Source: Eledone cirrhosa (taxonomy: Eukaryota). From it: 64,000 bases of DNA. A program made the position numbers and the translations under genes. Shown here piece after piece: positions 22,714 to 35,800 of this stretch (positions within the stretch are counted from its first letter, which is position 1; each line of letters begins with the position of its first letter). The notes beneath the pieces are model-generated. The model made no database searches, was not told where the DNA came from, and saw only the letters and a program-made list of their open reading frames with translations. The stretch spans positions 412,052,001 through 412,116,000 of the forward strand of contig OZ024741.1 of NCBI GenBank assembly GCA_964016885.1. The letters are read 5' to 3'.

Positions 22714-23369
22714 GATACACGCGTACATACACATATATCTATAAAAAACATATATCTATAAGAAAATATATATATATACACGCAATACGTACAAACAAAA
22801 GCGTATGCATGCGTACATACTTACACAGGATGCACGTATACATATACATACATATCGTCCCATGTATATCTAATCACACGTACGTACGCGACTGCATATA
22901 TATATACACGCACACATACACATCCATACATACAATACATATATACACACATACACACAAACATATTCACGTACATTGACCCGCTTACACGCACACACAT
23001 AAAAATAAGAATGTAAAAAACATAGATATAAAAACACAGATATAAAAACACACATACATACATATATATATATACACGCACGCACACGCGCATACGGAAG
23101 CGTTCGTGTACATATACAGAACGTATACACACATAAAGACGCTCAGACACATAGATACAGGGTGTAAAGCAGCCTTATGAATAAATGAGTACAAATATAA
23201 AAATATAAAATTGGCTACGAAATAACAAAAAATATCTGGATTGGAAAACGCAAGTGACCTGTATAATCAGGTAGTAAAGTAAATATGGAAGTAAAAAGTG
23301 GAAAGTGAAGATATTAGGTAAGTGAATCGAAGGATAAAAGGAGGGGGGGTGTTACTGGTGGATGTGAAG

Positions 23370-23772
23370 TAAAAATAAAAATAAAAATAAAAATAAAAAT
23401 AAAAATAAAAATAAAAATAAAAATAAAAATAAAAATAAAAATAAAAATAAAAATAAAAATAAAAATAAAAATAAAAATAAAAATAAAAATAAAAATAAAA
23501 ATAAAAATAAAAATAAAAATAAAAATAAAAATAAAAATAAAAATAAAAATAAAAATAAAAATAAAAATAAAAATAAAAATAAAAATAAAAATAAAAATAA
23601 AAATAAAAATAAAAATAAAAATAAAAATAAAAATAAAAATAAAAATAAAAATAAAAATAAAAATAAAAATAAAAATAAAAATAAAAATAAAAATAAAAAT
23701 AAAAATAAAAATAAAAGTAAAAATAAAAATAAAAATAAAAATAAAAATAAAAATAAAAATAAAATTAAAATT
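23370..23772. repeat. (TAAAA)n pentanucleotide repeat, about 80 units, in the PLE 3' UTR
   Basis: Read directly from the sequence. Confidence 0.95.
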
Positions 23773-24340
23773 AATAATAAGGTTAAAAATGAAAGTAAAT
23801 CAGAAAGAGTAGTCTTTAAAGAGAATAATTTAAGTGAAGAATAAGAGCTTATGGAGGATAAGTATCTGAAAGTGTGTTAAGTTTATATGAGCTGGAAAGC
23901 AAGTGTGATTTCATGTGTGGGCAACTGGTAAAAATTTCTGTTTTTGTATTTAGGCAGGTTTTTGGTGATTTATGGTTTTGTCAAATCCAATATTTTTCAT
24001 TTATGCAGAGTGTGCATTTTCTTGTTCCTCTTGCATATTCTTTAGATTGGTTCAACATTTTTTTATATATTTTATATGTCTATTACATTACCTTTATTTA
24101 TATATATATATATTTTTTTTGCATTTCTTGAGGAGACTTTTCAAATATTTCACTATGTTTTATATTGCCTTGTCCGTCGAACGAATGAGGACGTTTCTTT
24201 CGTATTCGTCTTATTCGGGAAACCTCTGGTAATGAGGTAATTATATTGTATTGTTTATTATACATTAAATTTTGCTCTGGTACTTACATAGAGCACTCTT
24301 CACTCCTATGACTTTTTCAATTCCAACGGAAACTTCAATA

Positions 24341-24343
<3 letters not shown>

Positions 24344-24430
<87 letters not shown>

Positions 24431-24487
24431 CACACATATATATACATATATATATGAGAGAGAGAGAGAGATAGATAGAGAGAGAGA

Positions 24488-24540
<53 letters not shown>
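24344..24540. repeat. (TA)n/(GA)n/(GC)n compound microsatellite
   Basis: Read directly from the sequence. Confidence 0.95.
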
Positions 24541-24542
<2 letters not shown>

Positions 24543-24829
24543 TTATGATCATCATTTTAACAAATAGTCTAAATAAAAATCTATATTTATTCTCACCTGT
24601 TATACATTAACACCTTGATAATTATATTATAAAATCAATCATAGGTGACATGTTTTCATTGAACAATTATTGGCAAAAATAATTACTTTCCATGTTTTTA
24701 CTTTTAATTTGCTTTCTTTTTTTTCTCTTTTTTCTTCTTATTTTTTGGTGGGAATGGGGTGGGTGGAGGGGCTTTGTTTGTTGTAAACATATTTTGTAAG
24801 TTTCCATAACAGTTGTTCTATTAACCTAT

Positions 24830-25210
<381 letters not shown>

Positions 25211-25240
25211 AACATAACATACATATATATATATCAACAT

Positions 25241-25311
<71 letters not shown>

Positions 25312-25466
25312 ACATGACACATATATATATATATATAGTAATAATATACACATAATCGTATGCACATGTACCAGTATATAATATATACGCCATAACATAT
25401 ACAAGCAAATATACGTACGAGAATGTATACGTACCTTCACAAAACATACAGGTAATATATACTTCA

Positions 25467-27378
25467 TTGCTACCCTTCGAAAATGATGTCTTGCAACTCA
25501 TTCGGAGTATCAAATTTCGGAATAGGAGTAATTCCTTCCAGCAAGACCTGAAGAATAGAATTCGTTCTATTAAGGATTCTAATGCCGTGCACGTCCACTC
25601 CGACAAAACCGGCAATCTATATCAAGTGGAGCGCAGTACTTACCATCAACTGCTACATAATGCTGTAACTAAGGATTACCGCAAAACCAATCGGAGCGTC
25701 ATTAATGAAATCAACGATGTCGGGTTTAAAATCACCTCTAATCTCAATATCCTGAACCTCTGGACCCTATTTCTCCCCACTTTACCCTGAAGGATCACAA
25801 ATCCAATTTCCCGAACAGCCCCTCTATTCGGCTTATTAGCCCTACGAAGACCGATTTAGGTAGACTTAGTAAAAGGTTTTAGATAGAATTATACCCGAAA
25901 TTAGGAGTTTGTCCCCTCTTGCACTGTGGAACAATTCTTTCGCGGTGATTGATTGGTTCAAAGGCATATGCAACAAGGAACATTGCCGTTTTATCCAATT
26001 CGACATCAATAATTACTATTCCTCCATCACTTTACCACTCCTTCTTAGAGCTATCAATTTCGCTAAAACACTCACAGTGGTTAAGGATTTCGAAGTTGAT
26101 GTCATCCTCAATGCCCGTAAGTCAGTGATTAATTTCGACGACTCTATTTGGATTAAAAAATCTAATAGTACCCCATTCGACGTGAGTATGGGTGCCAGCG
26201 ATTCTGCGGAGGTTACTGATCTTATCGGCCTTTTCCTTCTTTTCTCTATCAAGGAAGAATTCCCCAACGTGGACGGTGGTTTGTACTGTGATGACGGTCT
26301 TTTGACCATGACAAAGTGCGGCCCACGTGCTTGCGACAAGTTCAGAAAAGAACTCACAGCCGTCTTTAAAGGATTCAACCTCTCTATACAGGTTGAGGCC
26401 AACCTCTCGGTCGTTAATTACCTCGACGTTACCCTCAATTTGTCGAATGGCCTTCACTATCCGTATAGAAAGCCGAATGATACGCTTAATTAGATAAGTA
26501 AGCATTCTAACCATCCTGCCAGCATAACCAAGAACCTGGTGAGAAACGTTTCTTTGAGGCTTTCCTGTCTATCAACAAGCGTGCATATTTTCAACGACCA
26601 TTCCACATATTACAATGAAGCTTTCGCTCGGGGTGGATTTGTCGATAAGGTAGCATATACAGAGTTCGAGAATAGACCTAGGAAAAATAGATCCCGACGC
26701 ATTATATGGTATAACCCACCATATAATATGGAGGTGGCCACACCATTAACTAAGATCTTTCTCTCCCTTATTATGAAGCATTTACCCCCAGCACATAAAT
26801 ATAGTAACATTTTTAATAGAAATACCATTAACATTTCTTACTCTAAGACTCCTAACCTTGTACATAACATCACTGCTTCAAATTTAGCTAAATTACCTAG
26901 CCGTAGGAACACGTGCAACCCTGTAGTTAGTACTAACTGTAATTGTAGGAATCGGGTTGACTGCCACCTATCCGCGAAATGCCTCTCTAGTAACATTGTC
27001 TACAAATGTAAGGTTGAAACACCCACGTCCCGTAGTGCCTACATAGGGTTAACCGCCAATAGATTCAAGCAGCGTCTTTACATGCATACCCATTCTTTTC
27101 TTAACCCTTTAAGAAGGAATATGACGTCACTTTCAACTTATATCTGGAGTCTAAAAGACAACCACACCCAATATAAGTTACACTGGGAGATCCTAGCTAA
27201 GGCTAGATCCTATAACGGAAATAAAAGACCATGTGACCTCTGCGCCGCTGAAGCCCTGGAAATACTCTACGCCAAAGACCACATCTTAAACAAAAAATCT
27301 GAGGCAATTTCGGCTTGTAAACATAAACTGCACAAAACTTTCCTGTATTACAGCCCCACATTATACCCTAACGGATAG
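25467..27378 (+). pseudogene. PLE reverse transcriptase plus GIY-YIG endonuclease, disrupted by frameshifts near 25770 and 25880 and a TAG at 26491
   Basis: SDKTGNLY, TLKDHKSNF..IRLISP, FIQFDINNYYSSI, FDVSMGA, GLYCDDGL, NYLDVTL, SNHP, IIWYNPPY, CNCRNRVDC, IVYKC..AYIGLT..FKQR, CDLC, LNKKSE..CKH. Confidence 0.92.
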
Positions 27379-28050
27379 TACGAACTATACGCGGATATTT
27401 ACGTCTTGATGTGGTAGCTAAGTATATGATATGTTTATACCATTACTTATTTGTATAGGTAAGTATATACTACATGTATGTTTTGTGAAGGTACGTATAC
27501 TTTCTCGTACGTATATTTGCTTGTATATGTTATGGCGTATATATTATATACTGGTACATGTGCATACGGTTATGTGTATACGTGAGTTCTGCGCCTGTGT
27601 GAGTATGCGGGTTCGTACGCATGTAGGGTGTGTGTTTATGTGTACTTTGTGTTTGGTTGACGTACGCCTGTGTACATATGTGTATTTACACGTAAGTATG
27701 TGTGTGCGTGTTATATACGTATTTATGTGTGTATATTTATATACGTTTATATAATTATATGTATACACGCACACACACGCAGATATATATATATTTTTTA
27801 ATATATTTTTTATGTGTATTTGGTGTATACGTTCGTATGTGTGCAGGTACAGGCGTTGCGTGGGTTCTATATGTGCGTGCGTGTTTTTTTTGTGTACTTG
27901 CTTGTATTTGCATACCCCTTGCGGGTGTTTTCGCGTATGCTTGTGTATGTACGTATATGGATGCGTGCATGTATATATTTAATTTCAATTACCTCTGTAA
28001 TTTATTTACTTTATTCTTAACTCTGAAGCCGAGAATCATTCGGTTTCCTA

Positions 28051-28331
28051 AATAGAATTTTAGCCTACGACTTCAGTTATACCATATACGTGGTTTTGTC
28101 TTTGCGTGTAATTGTTCTCACCGCTCCACATAATGACGTATATTCTTCGTGTTTTCCGTTCATTGCCAAAGAACGTCTCCACGAACCACATAATAGAATA
28201 TTTGTCTACGACTTCATTTATACCATAAACGTGGTTTTGTCTTTGCGTGTAATTGTTTTCAACGCTCCAAATAATGACGTATTATTTTCGTTTTTATCCG
28301 TTCTTTGCCAGGGAACGTTTCCACGAACCAA
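28051..28331 (+). repeat. Two diverged tandem units of about 141 bp in the PLE 3' UTR
   Basis: aatagaat..ctacgacttca..cgtggttttgtctttgcgtgtaattgtt..ccacgaacca starts at 28051 and again at 28192. Confidence 0.9.
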
Positions 28332-28392
28332 AGTATCGTCTTCCTGTCTTCCTCCGGTTGCATCGTTTTTTGAAATATTCACTTCTGCGTTC

Positions 28393-28467
28393 ACAGATTG
28401 ACTTTTTTAATTTCAGAAGATCCGTTAAGGATGAAAGCAGCGATTCTTTGCTTAAACTTTAATCTGT
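28393..28467 (+). ncRNA. Hammerhead-like fold with CAGAAGA core at the PLE 3' end (related copy at 29185-29261, - strand)
   Basis: acagauuga..uuu-CAGAAGA-UCC-guuaa-GGA-u-GAA-AGCA-gcgauucuu-UGCU-U-aaa..uuaaucugu. The pairing is retained in the antisense copy despite sequence changes. Confidence 0.4.
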
Positions 28468-28485
28468 TATTTTAACAAATATATA

Positions 28486-28559
28486 TAGATTTTGGTCTTT
28501 GTATTATTACTATATATATGTGTATATACACAGAAATATATAAATATACCATTACCATG

Positions 28560-28609
<50 letters not shown>

Positions 28610-28699
28610 ATACATGTATATATATCATGGTAATGGTATATTTATATATTTGTGTGTATATACACATAAATATAGTAATAATACAAAGACCAAAATCTA
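28486..28699. repeat. Near-perfect foldback centred on (AT)n, arms of about 85 bp
   Basis: tagattttggtctttgtattattactata..ccattaccatgat pairs with atcatggtaatgg..tatagtaataatacaaagaccaaaatcta. Confidence 0.93.
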
Positions 28700-28724
28700 A
28701 AGAAGATTCGATAAGGGTTCATCT

Positions 28725-28900
28725 TCATCATCATCATCATCATTTTACGTCCGCTTTTCCCTGCTTGCAAGGGTGGGACGGGAACTGATTCTGACTTGAT
28801 TTCTACAGCTGGATGCCCTTCCTAACACCAACCTCATTTACAGTGAGTGCTGGGTGTTTTTTTGCCGTGGCATCTCCATGACCACTTTACAGTGGAATGG
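28725..28900 (-). mobile_element. Chimeric RTE-tailed short element
   Basis: The tail and about 40 bp are identical to the 3' end of the RTE at 39433. The remainder matches the older UTR family at 17727 and 19830. Confidence 0.8.
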
Positions 28901-28914
28901 TAGGGACCCCAGTC

Positions 28915-29083
28915 CCTATCATCTCATTTCTACAGCTGAGTAAACTGGAGCAATGTGAATAAAGTGAATAAAGTGAATAAAGTGTCTTGCTCAAGGAAAC
29001 ACCACATCACCCGGTCCGAGAATTGAACTCACAACCTTTTGATTGCAAGCCCAATGCTCTAACCACTAAGCAATGTGCCTTCA
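28915..29083 (-). mobile_element. tRNA-derived CORE-type SINE
   Basis: Minus strand: A box tgcttagtggttagagc, B box gagttcaattc, CORE-like tccttgagcaagacactttattcacattgctccagtttactcagctg. Internal gtgaataaa is triplicated. Confidence 0.75.
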
Positions 29084-29311
29084 TTGTATATATATTATTA
29101 GTAATAATAATTATTATGATAAATAGTAATAATAAATTATTACTTTATATATATAAACCTGTAGAGCAAATATTTATTATTAGTACAGATTAAAGTTTAA
29201 GCAATAAATTACTGCTTTCCCCCTAAACGGGATCTACTGAAGCTGAGAAATATTAATCTGTAGACACAATATATGAATGTATATATGAATATATATATAT
29301 ATATATATTAT

Positions 29312-29580
29312 TATCATCATTATTGTTTTAACATCCACTTTCCTTGCCAGTAAGAATTGGACAGTTCTATTCAGACCAAGTCAGTACCGAAGCAATAGCT
29401 ACTGATCTCCCAGACAGGGCAGGGATCTCATGTCTCATGTTCTACAGTGTACAGAAGAGATTGTCATGTCTTTGACAAGGGGGTCCTCCCAACCCTTGGC
29501 AAATGTTCTATGGTTGGCTGCCCTTTCTATCCTCAACCACTTTACAGAGTGTGGTAGATACGTTTACCGTATAGATCACC
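29312..29580 (-). mobile_element. Old RTE 3'-UTR/tail fragment
   Basis: tcatcattattgttttaacatccactttcc and ggttggctgccctttcta..accactttacag are degenerate matches to 24978-25210. Confidence 0.5.
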
Positions 29581-29857
29581 AAACACTAGAACTGGGGGGA
29601 TGTCATGTCCTTAACACAATTATAGGGTCCTCACAACAATTTGGCAAACCCTCTATGGTTTGAGATGTGAACCCTCATCACATCTCAAACCACATCACAA
29701 GGGGTAATCGCTAGTAATGTGTGTATGAGGGTTGTATGGGGTATGTGGTGTAGTGAGGTTGAGAATTATTGTTAGTGAGTGGAAGTTGGGAAACAGGGGT
29801 AGGTCAAACTATTATGTATGTTGCAGGTCAGATCTTCTTTGGCATCGCTTAACACCA

Positions 29858-32800
29858 ACTCTCGTAATCATATTTCTAATGTAAAACACTGTCTATGTTG
29901 TTTAACCCTTTCATTACCATATTTCTAATGTAAGACACTGTCTATGTTGTTTAACCCTTTCATTACCATATTTCTAATGTAAGACACTGTCTATGTTGTT
30001 TAACCCTTTCATTACCATATTTCTAATGTAAGACACTGTCTATGTTGTTTAACCCTTTCATTACCATATTTCTAATGTAAAACACTGTCTATGTTGTTTA
30101 ACCCTTTCATTACCATATTTCTAATGTAAGACACTGTCTATGTTGTTTAACCCTTTCATTACCATATTTCTAATGTAAGACACTGTCTATGTTGTTTAAC
30201 CCTTTCATTACCATATTTCTAATGTAAGACACTGTCTATGTTGTTTAACCCTTTCATTACCATATTTCTAATGTAAGAGACTGTCTATGTTGTTTAACCC
30301 TTTCATTACCATATTTCTAATGTAAGACACTGTCTATGTTCTTTAACCCTTTCATTACCATATTTCTAATGTAAGAAACTGTCTATGTTGTTTAACCCTT
30401 TCATTACCATATTTCTAATGAAAGAAACTGTCTATGTTGTTTAACCCTTTCATTAACATATTTCTAATGAAAGACACTGTCTATGTTGTTTAACCCTTTC
30501 ATTACCATATTTCTAATGTAAGAGACTGTCTATGTTGTTTAACCCTTTAATTACCATATTTCAAATGAAAGAAACTGTCTATGTTGTTTAACCCTTTCAT
30601 TACCATATTTCTAATGAAAGAAACTGTCTATGTTGTTTAACCCTTTCATTAACATATTTCTAATGAAAGACACTGTCTATGTTGTTTAACGCTTTCATTA
30701 CCATATTTCTAATGTAAGACACTGTCTATGTTGTTTAACCCTTTAATTACCATATTTCTAATGTAAGACACTGTCTATGTTGTTTAACCCTTTCATTACC
30801 ATATTTCTAATGTAAGATACTGTCTATGTTGTTTAACCCTTTAATTACCATATTTCTAATGTAAGACACTGTCTATGTTATTTAACCCTTTCATTACCAT
30901 ATTTGTAATGTAAGACACTGTGTATCTTGTTTAACCTTTCATTACCATATTTCTAATGTAAGACACTGTCTATGTTGTTTAACACTTTCATTACCATATT
31001 TCTAATGAAAGACACTGTCTATGTTGTTAAACTTTTTCATTACCATATTTCTAATGAAAGACACTGTGTATGTTGTTTAACACTTTAATTACCATGTTTC
31101 TAATGTAAGACACTGTCTATGTTGTTTAACCCTTTCATTACCATATTTGTAATGAAAGACACTGTCTACGTTGTTTAACCCTTTCATAACCATATTTCTA
31201 ATGAAAGACAATGTCTATGTTGTTTAACCCTTTCATTACCATATTTCTAATGAAAGACATTGTCTATGTCTTTAACCCTTTCATTACCATATTTCTAATG
31301 TAAGACACTGTCTATGTTGTTTAACCCTTTCATTACCATATTTCTAATGTAAGAAACTGTCTATGTTGTTTAATCCTTTCATCACCATATTTCTAATGAA
31401 AGACACTGTCTTTCTTTAGCCCTTTCATTACCAATTTTCTAGTGAAAGCCACTGTCTGTGTTGTTTAAACCTTTCATTACCATATTTGTAATGTAAGACA
31501 CTATCTATGTTGTTTAACCATTTCATTACTATATTTCTAATGTAAGACCCTGTCTATGTCTTTAACCTTTCATTACCATATTTCTAATGTAAGACACTGT
31601 CTATGTTGTTTAACCCTTTCATTACCATATTTCTAATGAAAGACACTGTCTATGTTGTTTAACCCTTTCATTACCATTTTTCTAATGTAAGACACTGTCT
31701 ATGTTGTTTAACCCTTTCATTACCATATTTCTAATGAAAGACGCTGTCTATGTTGTTTAACCATTTCATTACCATATTTCTAATGTAAGACACTGTCTAT
31801 GTTGTTTAACCCTTTCATTACCATATTTCTAATGTAAGACACTGTCTATGTTGTTTAACCCTTTCATTACCATATTTCTAATGTAAGAAACTGTCTATGT
31901 TGTTTAATCCTTTCATCACCATATTTCTAATGAAAGACACTGTCTTTCTTTAGCCCTTTCATTACCAATTTTCTAGTGAAAGCCACTGTCTGTGTTGTTT
32001 AAACCTTTCATTACCATATTTGTAATGTAAGACACTATCTATGTTGTTTAACCATTTCATTACTATATTTCTAATGTAAGACCCTGTCTATGTCTTTAAC
32101 CTTTCATTACCATATTTCTAATGTAAGACACTGTCTATGTTGTTTAACCCTTTCATTACCATATTTCTAATGAAAGACACTGTCTATGTTGTTTAACCCT
32201 TTCATTACCATTTTTCTAATGTAAGACACTGTCTATGTTGTTTAACCCTTTCATTACCATATTTCTAATGAAAGACGCTGTCTATGTTGTTTAACCATTT
32301 CATTACCATATTTCTAATGTAAGACACTGTCTATGTTGTTTAACCCTTTCATTACCATATTTCTAATGTAAGACACTGTCTATGTTGTTTAACCCTTTCA
32401 TTACCATATTTCTAATGTAAGACACTGTCTATGTTGTTTAACCCTTTCATTACCATTTTTCTAATGTAAGACACTGTCTATGTTGTTTAACCCTTTCATT
32501 ACCATATTTCTAATGTAAGACACTGTCTTTCTTTAGCCCTTTCATTACCAATTTTCTAGTGAAAGCCACTGTCTATGTTGTTTAACCCTTTCATTACCAT
32601 ATTTGTAATGTAAGACACTATCTATGTTGTTTAACCATTTCATTACTATATTTCTAATGTAAGACACTGTCTATGTCTTTAACCTTTTCATTCCCATATT
32701 TCTAATGTAAGACACTGACTATGTTGTTTAACCCTTTCATTACAATATTTCTAATGTAAGATACTATCTATGTTTTTTAACCCTTTCATTTCCATATTTC

Positions 32801-35800
32801 TAATGTAAGACACTGTCTATGTTGTTTAACCCTTTCATTACCATATTTCTAATGAAAGACGCTGTCTATGTTGTTTAACCATTTCATTACCATATTTCTA
32901 ATGTAAGACACTGTCTATGTTGTTTAACCCTTTCATTACCATATTTCTAATGTAAGACACTGTCTATGTTGTTTAACCCTTTCATTACCATATTTCTAAT
33001 GTAAGACACTGTCTATGTTGTTTAACCCTTTCATTACCATATTTGTAATGTAAGACACTGTGTATCTCGTTTACCCTTTCATTACCATATTTCTAATGTA
33101 AGACACTGTCTATGTTGTTTAACCCTTTCATTACCATATTTGTAACGTAAGACACTGTCTATGTTGTTTAACCCTGTCATTAACATATTTCTAATGAAAG
33201 ACACTGTCTATGTTGCTTAACCCTTTCATTACCATATTTCTAATTTAAGACACTGTCTATGTTGTTTAACCCTTTAATTACCATATTTCTAATGTAAGAC
33301 ACTGTCTATGTTGTTTAACTCTTTAATTACCATATTTCTAATGTAAGACACTGTCTATGTTATTTAACTCTTTCATTACCATATTTGTAATGTAAGACAC
33401 TGTGTATCTTGTTTAACCTTTCATTACCATATTTCTAATGTAAGACACTGTCTATGTTGTTTAACCCTTTCATTACCATATTTCTAATGTAAGACACTGT
33501 CTATGTTGTTTAACCCTTTCATTACCATATTTCTAATGAAAGACACTGTCTATGTTGTTAAACTTTTTCATTACCATATTTCTAATGAAAGACACTGTCT
33601 ATGTTGTTTAACCCTTTCATTACCATATTTCTAATGAAAGACACTGTGTATGTCTTTAACCCTTTCATTACCATATTTATAATGAAAGACACTGTCTATG
33701 TTGTTTAAGCCTTTCATTATCATATTTCATTACGATAATGTAAGACACTGTCTATATTGTTTAACCCTTTCATTATCATATTTCATTACCATATTTCTAA
33801 TGTAAGACACTGTCTATGTTGTTTAATCCTTCCATTACCATATTTCTAATTTAAGACACTGTCTATGTTGTTTAACCCTTTCATTACCATATTTCTAATG
33901 AAAGACAGTCTATGTTGTTTAAATCTTTCATTACCATATTTCTAATGAAAAACAGTCTATGTTCCTTAACCCTTTCATTACCATGTTTCTAATGTAAGAC
34001 ACTGTCTATATTGTTTAACCCTTTATTACCATATTTCTAATGTAAGACACTGTCTATGTTCTTTAACCTTTTCATTATCATATTTCTAATGAAAGACACT
34101 CTCTATGTTGTTTAACCCTTTCATTACCATATTTGTAATGTAAGACACTGTCTATGTTGTTTAACCCTTTCATTACCGTATTTCTAATGTAAGACACTGT
34201 CTATGTTGTTTAACCCTTCATTACCATATTTCTAATGTAAGACACTGTCTATGTTGTTTAACCCTTTCATTACCATATTTCTAATGAAAGACACTGTCTA
34301 TCTTGTTTAACCATTTCATTACCATCATTCTAATGAAAGACATTGTCTATGTCTTTAACCTTTTCATTACCATATTTCCAATGTAAGACACTGTCTATGT
34401 TGTTTAACCCTTTCAATACCATATTTTTAATAAAAGACACTATGTATGTTGTTTAACCCTTTAATTACCATATTTCTAATGTAAGACACTGTCTATGTTG
34501 TTTAACCCTTTCATTACCATATTTCTAATGAAAGACACTGTTTATGTTGTTTAAACCTTTCATTACCATATTTGCAATGAAAGACACTGTCTATGTTGTT
34601 TAACCCTTTAATTACCATCATTCTAATGAAAGACACTGTCTATGTCGTTAAACCTTTGATTACCAATTTTCTAATGAAAGACACTGTCTATGTCTCTAAC
34701 CTTTCATTACCATCATTCTAATGAAAGACACTGTCTATGTCTTTAACCTTTTCATTCCCATATTTCTAATGTAAGACACTGTCTATGTTGTTTAAGCCTT
34801 TCATTACCAAAATTCTAATGAAAGACACTGTCTCTGTCGTTAAACCTTTCATTACCATATTTCTACTAAAAGACACTGTCTATGTTGTTTAACCCTTTCA
34901 TTATCATATTTCTAATGTAAGACACTGTCTATGTTGTTTAACCCTTTCATTACAATATTTCTAATGTAAGACACTGTCTATGTTGTTTAACCCTTTCATT
35001 ACCATATTTCTAATGTAAGACACTGTCTATGTTGTTTAACCCTTTCATTACCATATTTCTAATGAAAGACACTGTCTATGTTGTTTAACCCTTTCATTAC
35101 CATTTTTCTAATGTAAGACACTGTCTATGTTGTTTAACCCTTTCATTACCATATTTCTAATGAAAGACGCTGTCTATGTTGTTTAACCATTTCATTACCA
35201 TATTTCTAATGTAAGACACTGTCTATGTTGTTTAACCCTTTCATTACCATATTTCTAATCTAAGACACTGTCTATGTTGTTTAACCCTTTCATTACCATA
35301 TTTCTAATGTAAGACACTGTCTATGTTGTTTAACCCTTTCATTACCATTTTTCTAATGTAAGACACTGTCTATGTTGTTTAACCCTTTCATTACCATATT
35401 TCTAATGTAAGACACTGTCTTTCTTTAGCCCTTTCATTACCAATTTTCTAGTGAAAGCCACTGTCTATGTTGTTTAACCCTTTCATTACCATATTTGTAA
35501 TGTAAGACACTATCTATGTTGTTTAACCATTTCATTACTATATTTCTAATGTAAGACACTGTCTATGTCTTTAACCTTTTCATTCCCATATTTCTAATGT
35601 AAGACACTGTCTATGTTGTTTAACCCTTTCATTACAATATTTCTAATGTAAGATACTATCTATGTTTTTTAACCCTTTCATTTCCATATTTCTAATGTAA
35701 GACACTGTCTATGTTGTTTAACCCTTTCATTACCATATTTCTAATGAAAGACGCTGTCTATGTTGTTTAACCATTTCATTACCATATTTCTAATGTAAGA

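Larger units (their letters stand above)
22030..24266 (-). mobile_element. 5'-truncated Penelope-like (Naiad-type) element with an inverted copy of its 3' terminus (arms 22030-22237 and 24057-24266)
   Basis: Minus-strand 24058-23849 translates MLNQSKEYARGTRKCTLCINEKYWI*QNHKSPKTCLNTKTEIFTSCPHMKSHLL, matching the C-terminus of 26539-27378 (SYNGNKRPCDLCAAE..ILNKKSEAISACKH). The arms are about 208 bp and nearly identical. Confidence 0.85.
25345..28467 (+). mobile_element. Penelope-like element (Naiad-type), 5'-truncated, with an inverted 3'-UTR segment at its 5' junction
   Basis: 25345-25464 is the reverse complement of 27461-27580. It is followed by an RT plus GIY-YIG ORF remnant, a T/G-rich 3' UTR, and a terminal hammerhead-like fold. 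Confidence 0.88.

Noticed and set aside
26491-26493. Selenocysteine or readthrough codon in the PLE ORF
   Set aside because: The codon is TAG at a position expected to be Tyr (LNY..SNHP), and the ORF also carries frameshifts.
29010-29083. Functional tRNA gene (also 4960-5036)
   Set aside because: A and B boxes are present but there is no complete cloverleaf, and both run into SINE body sequence.
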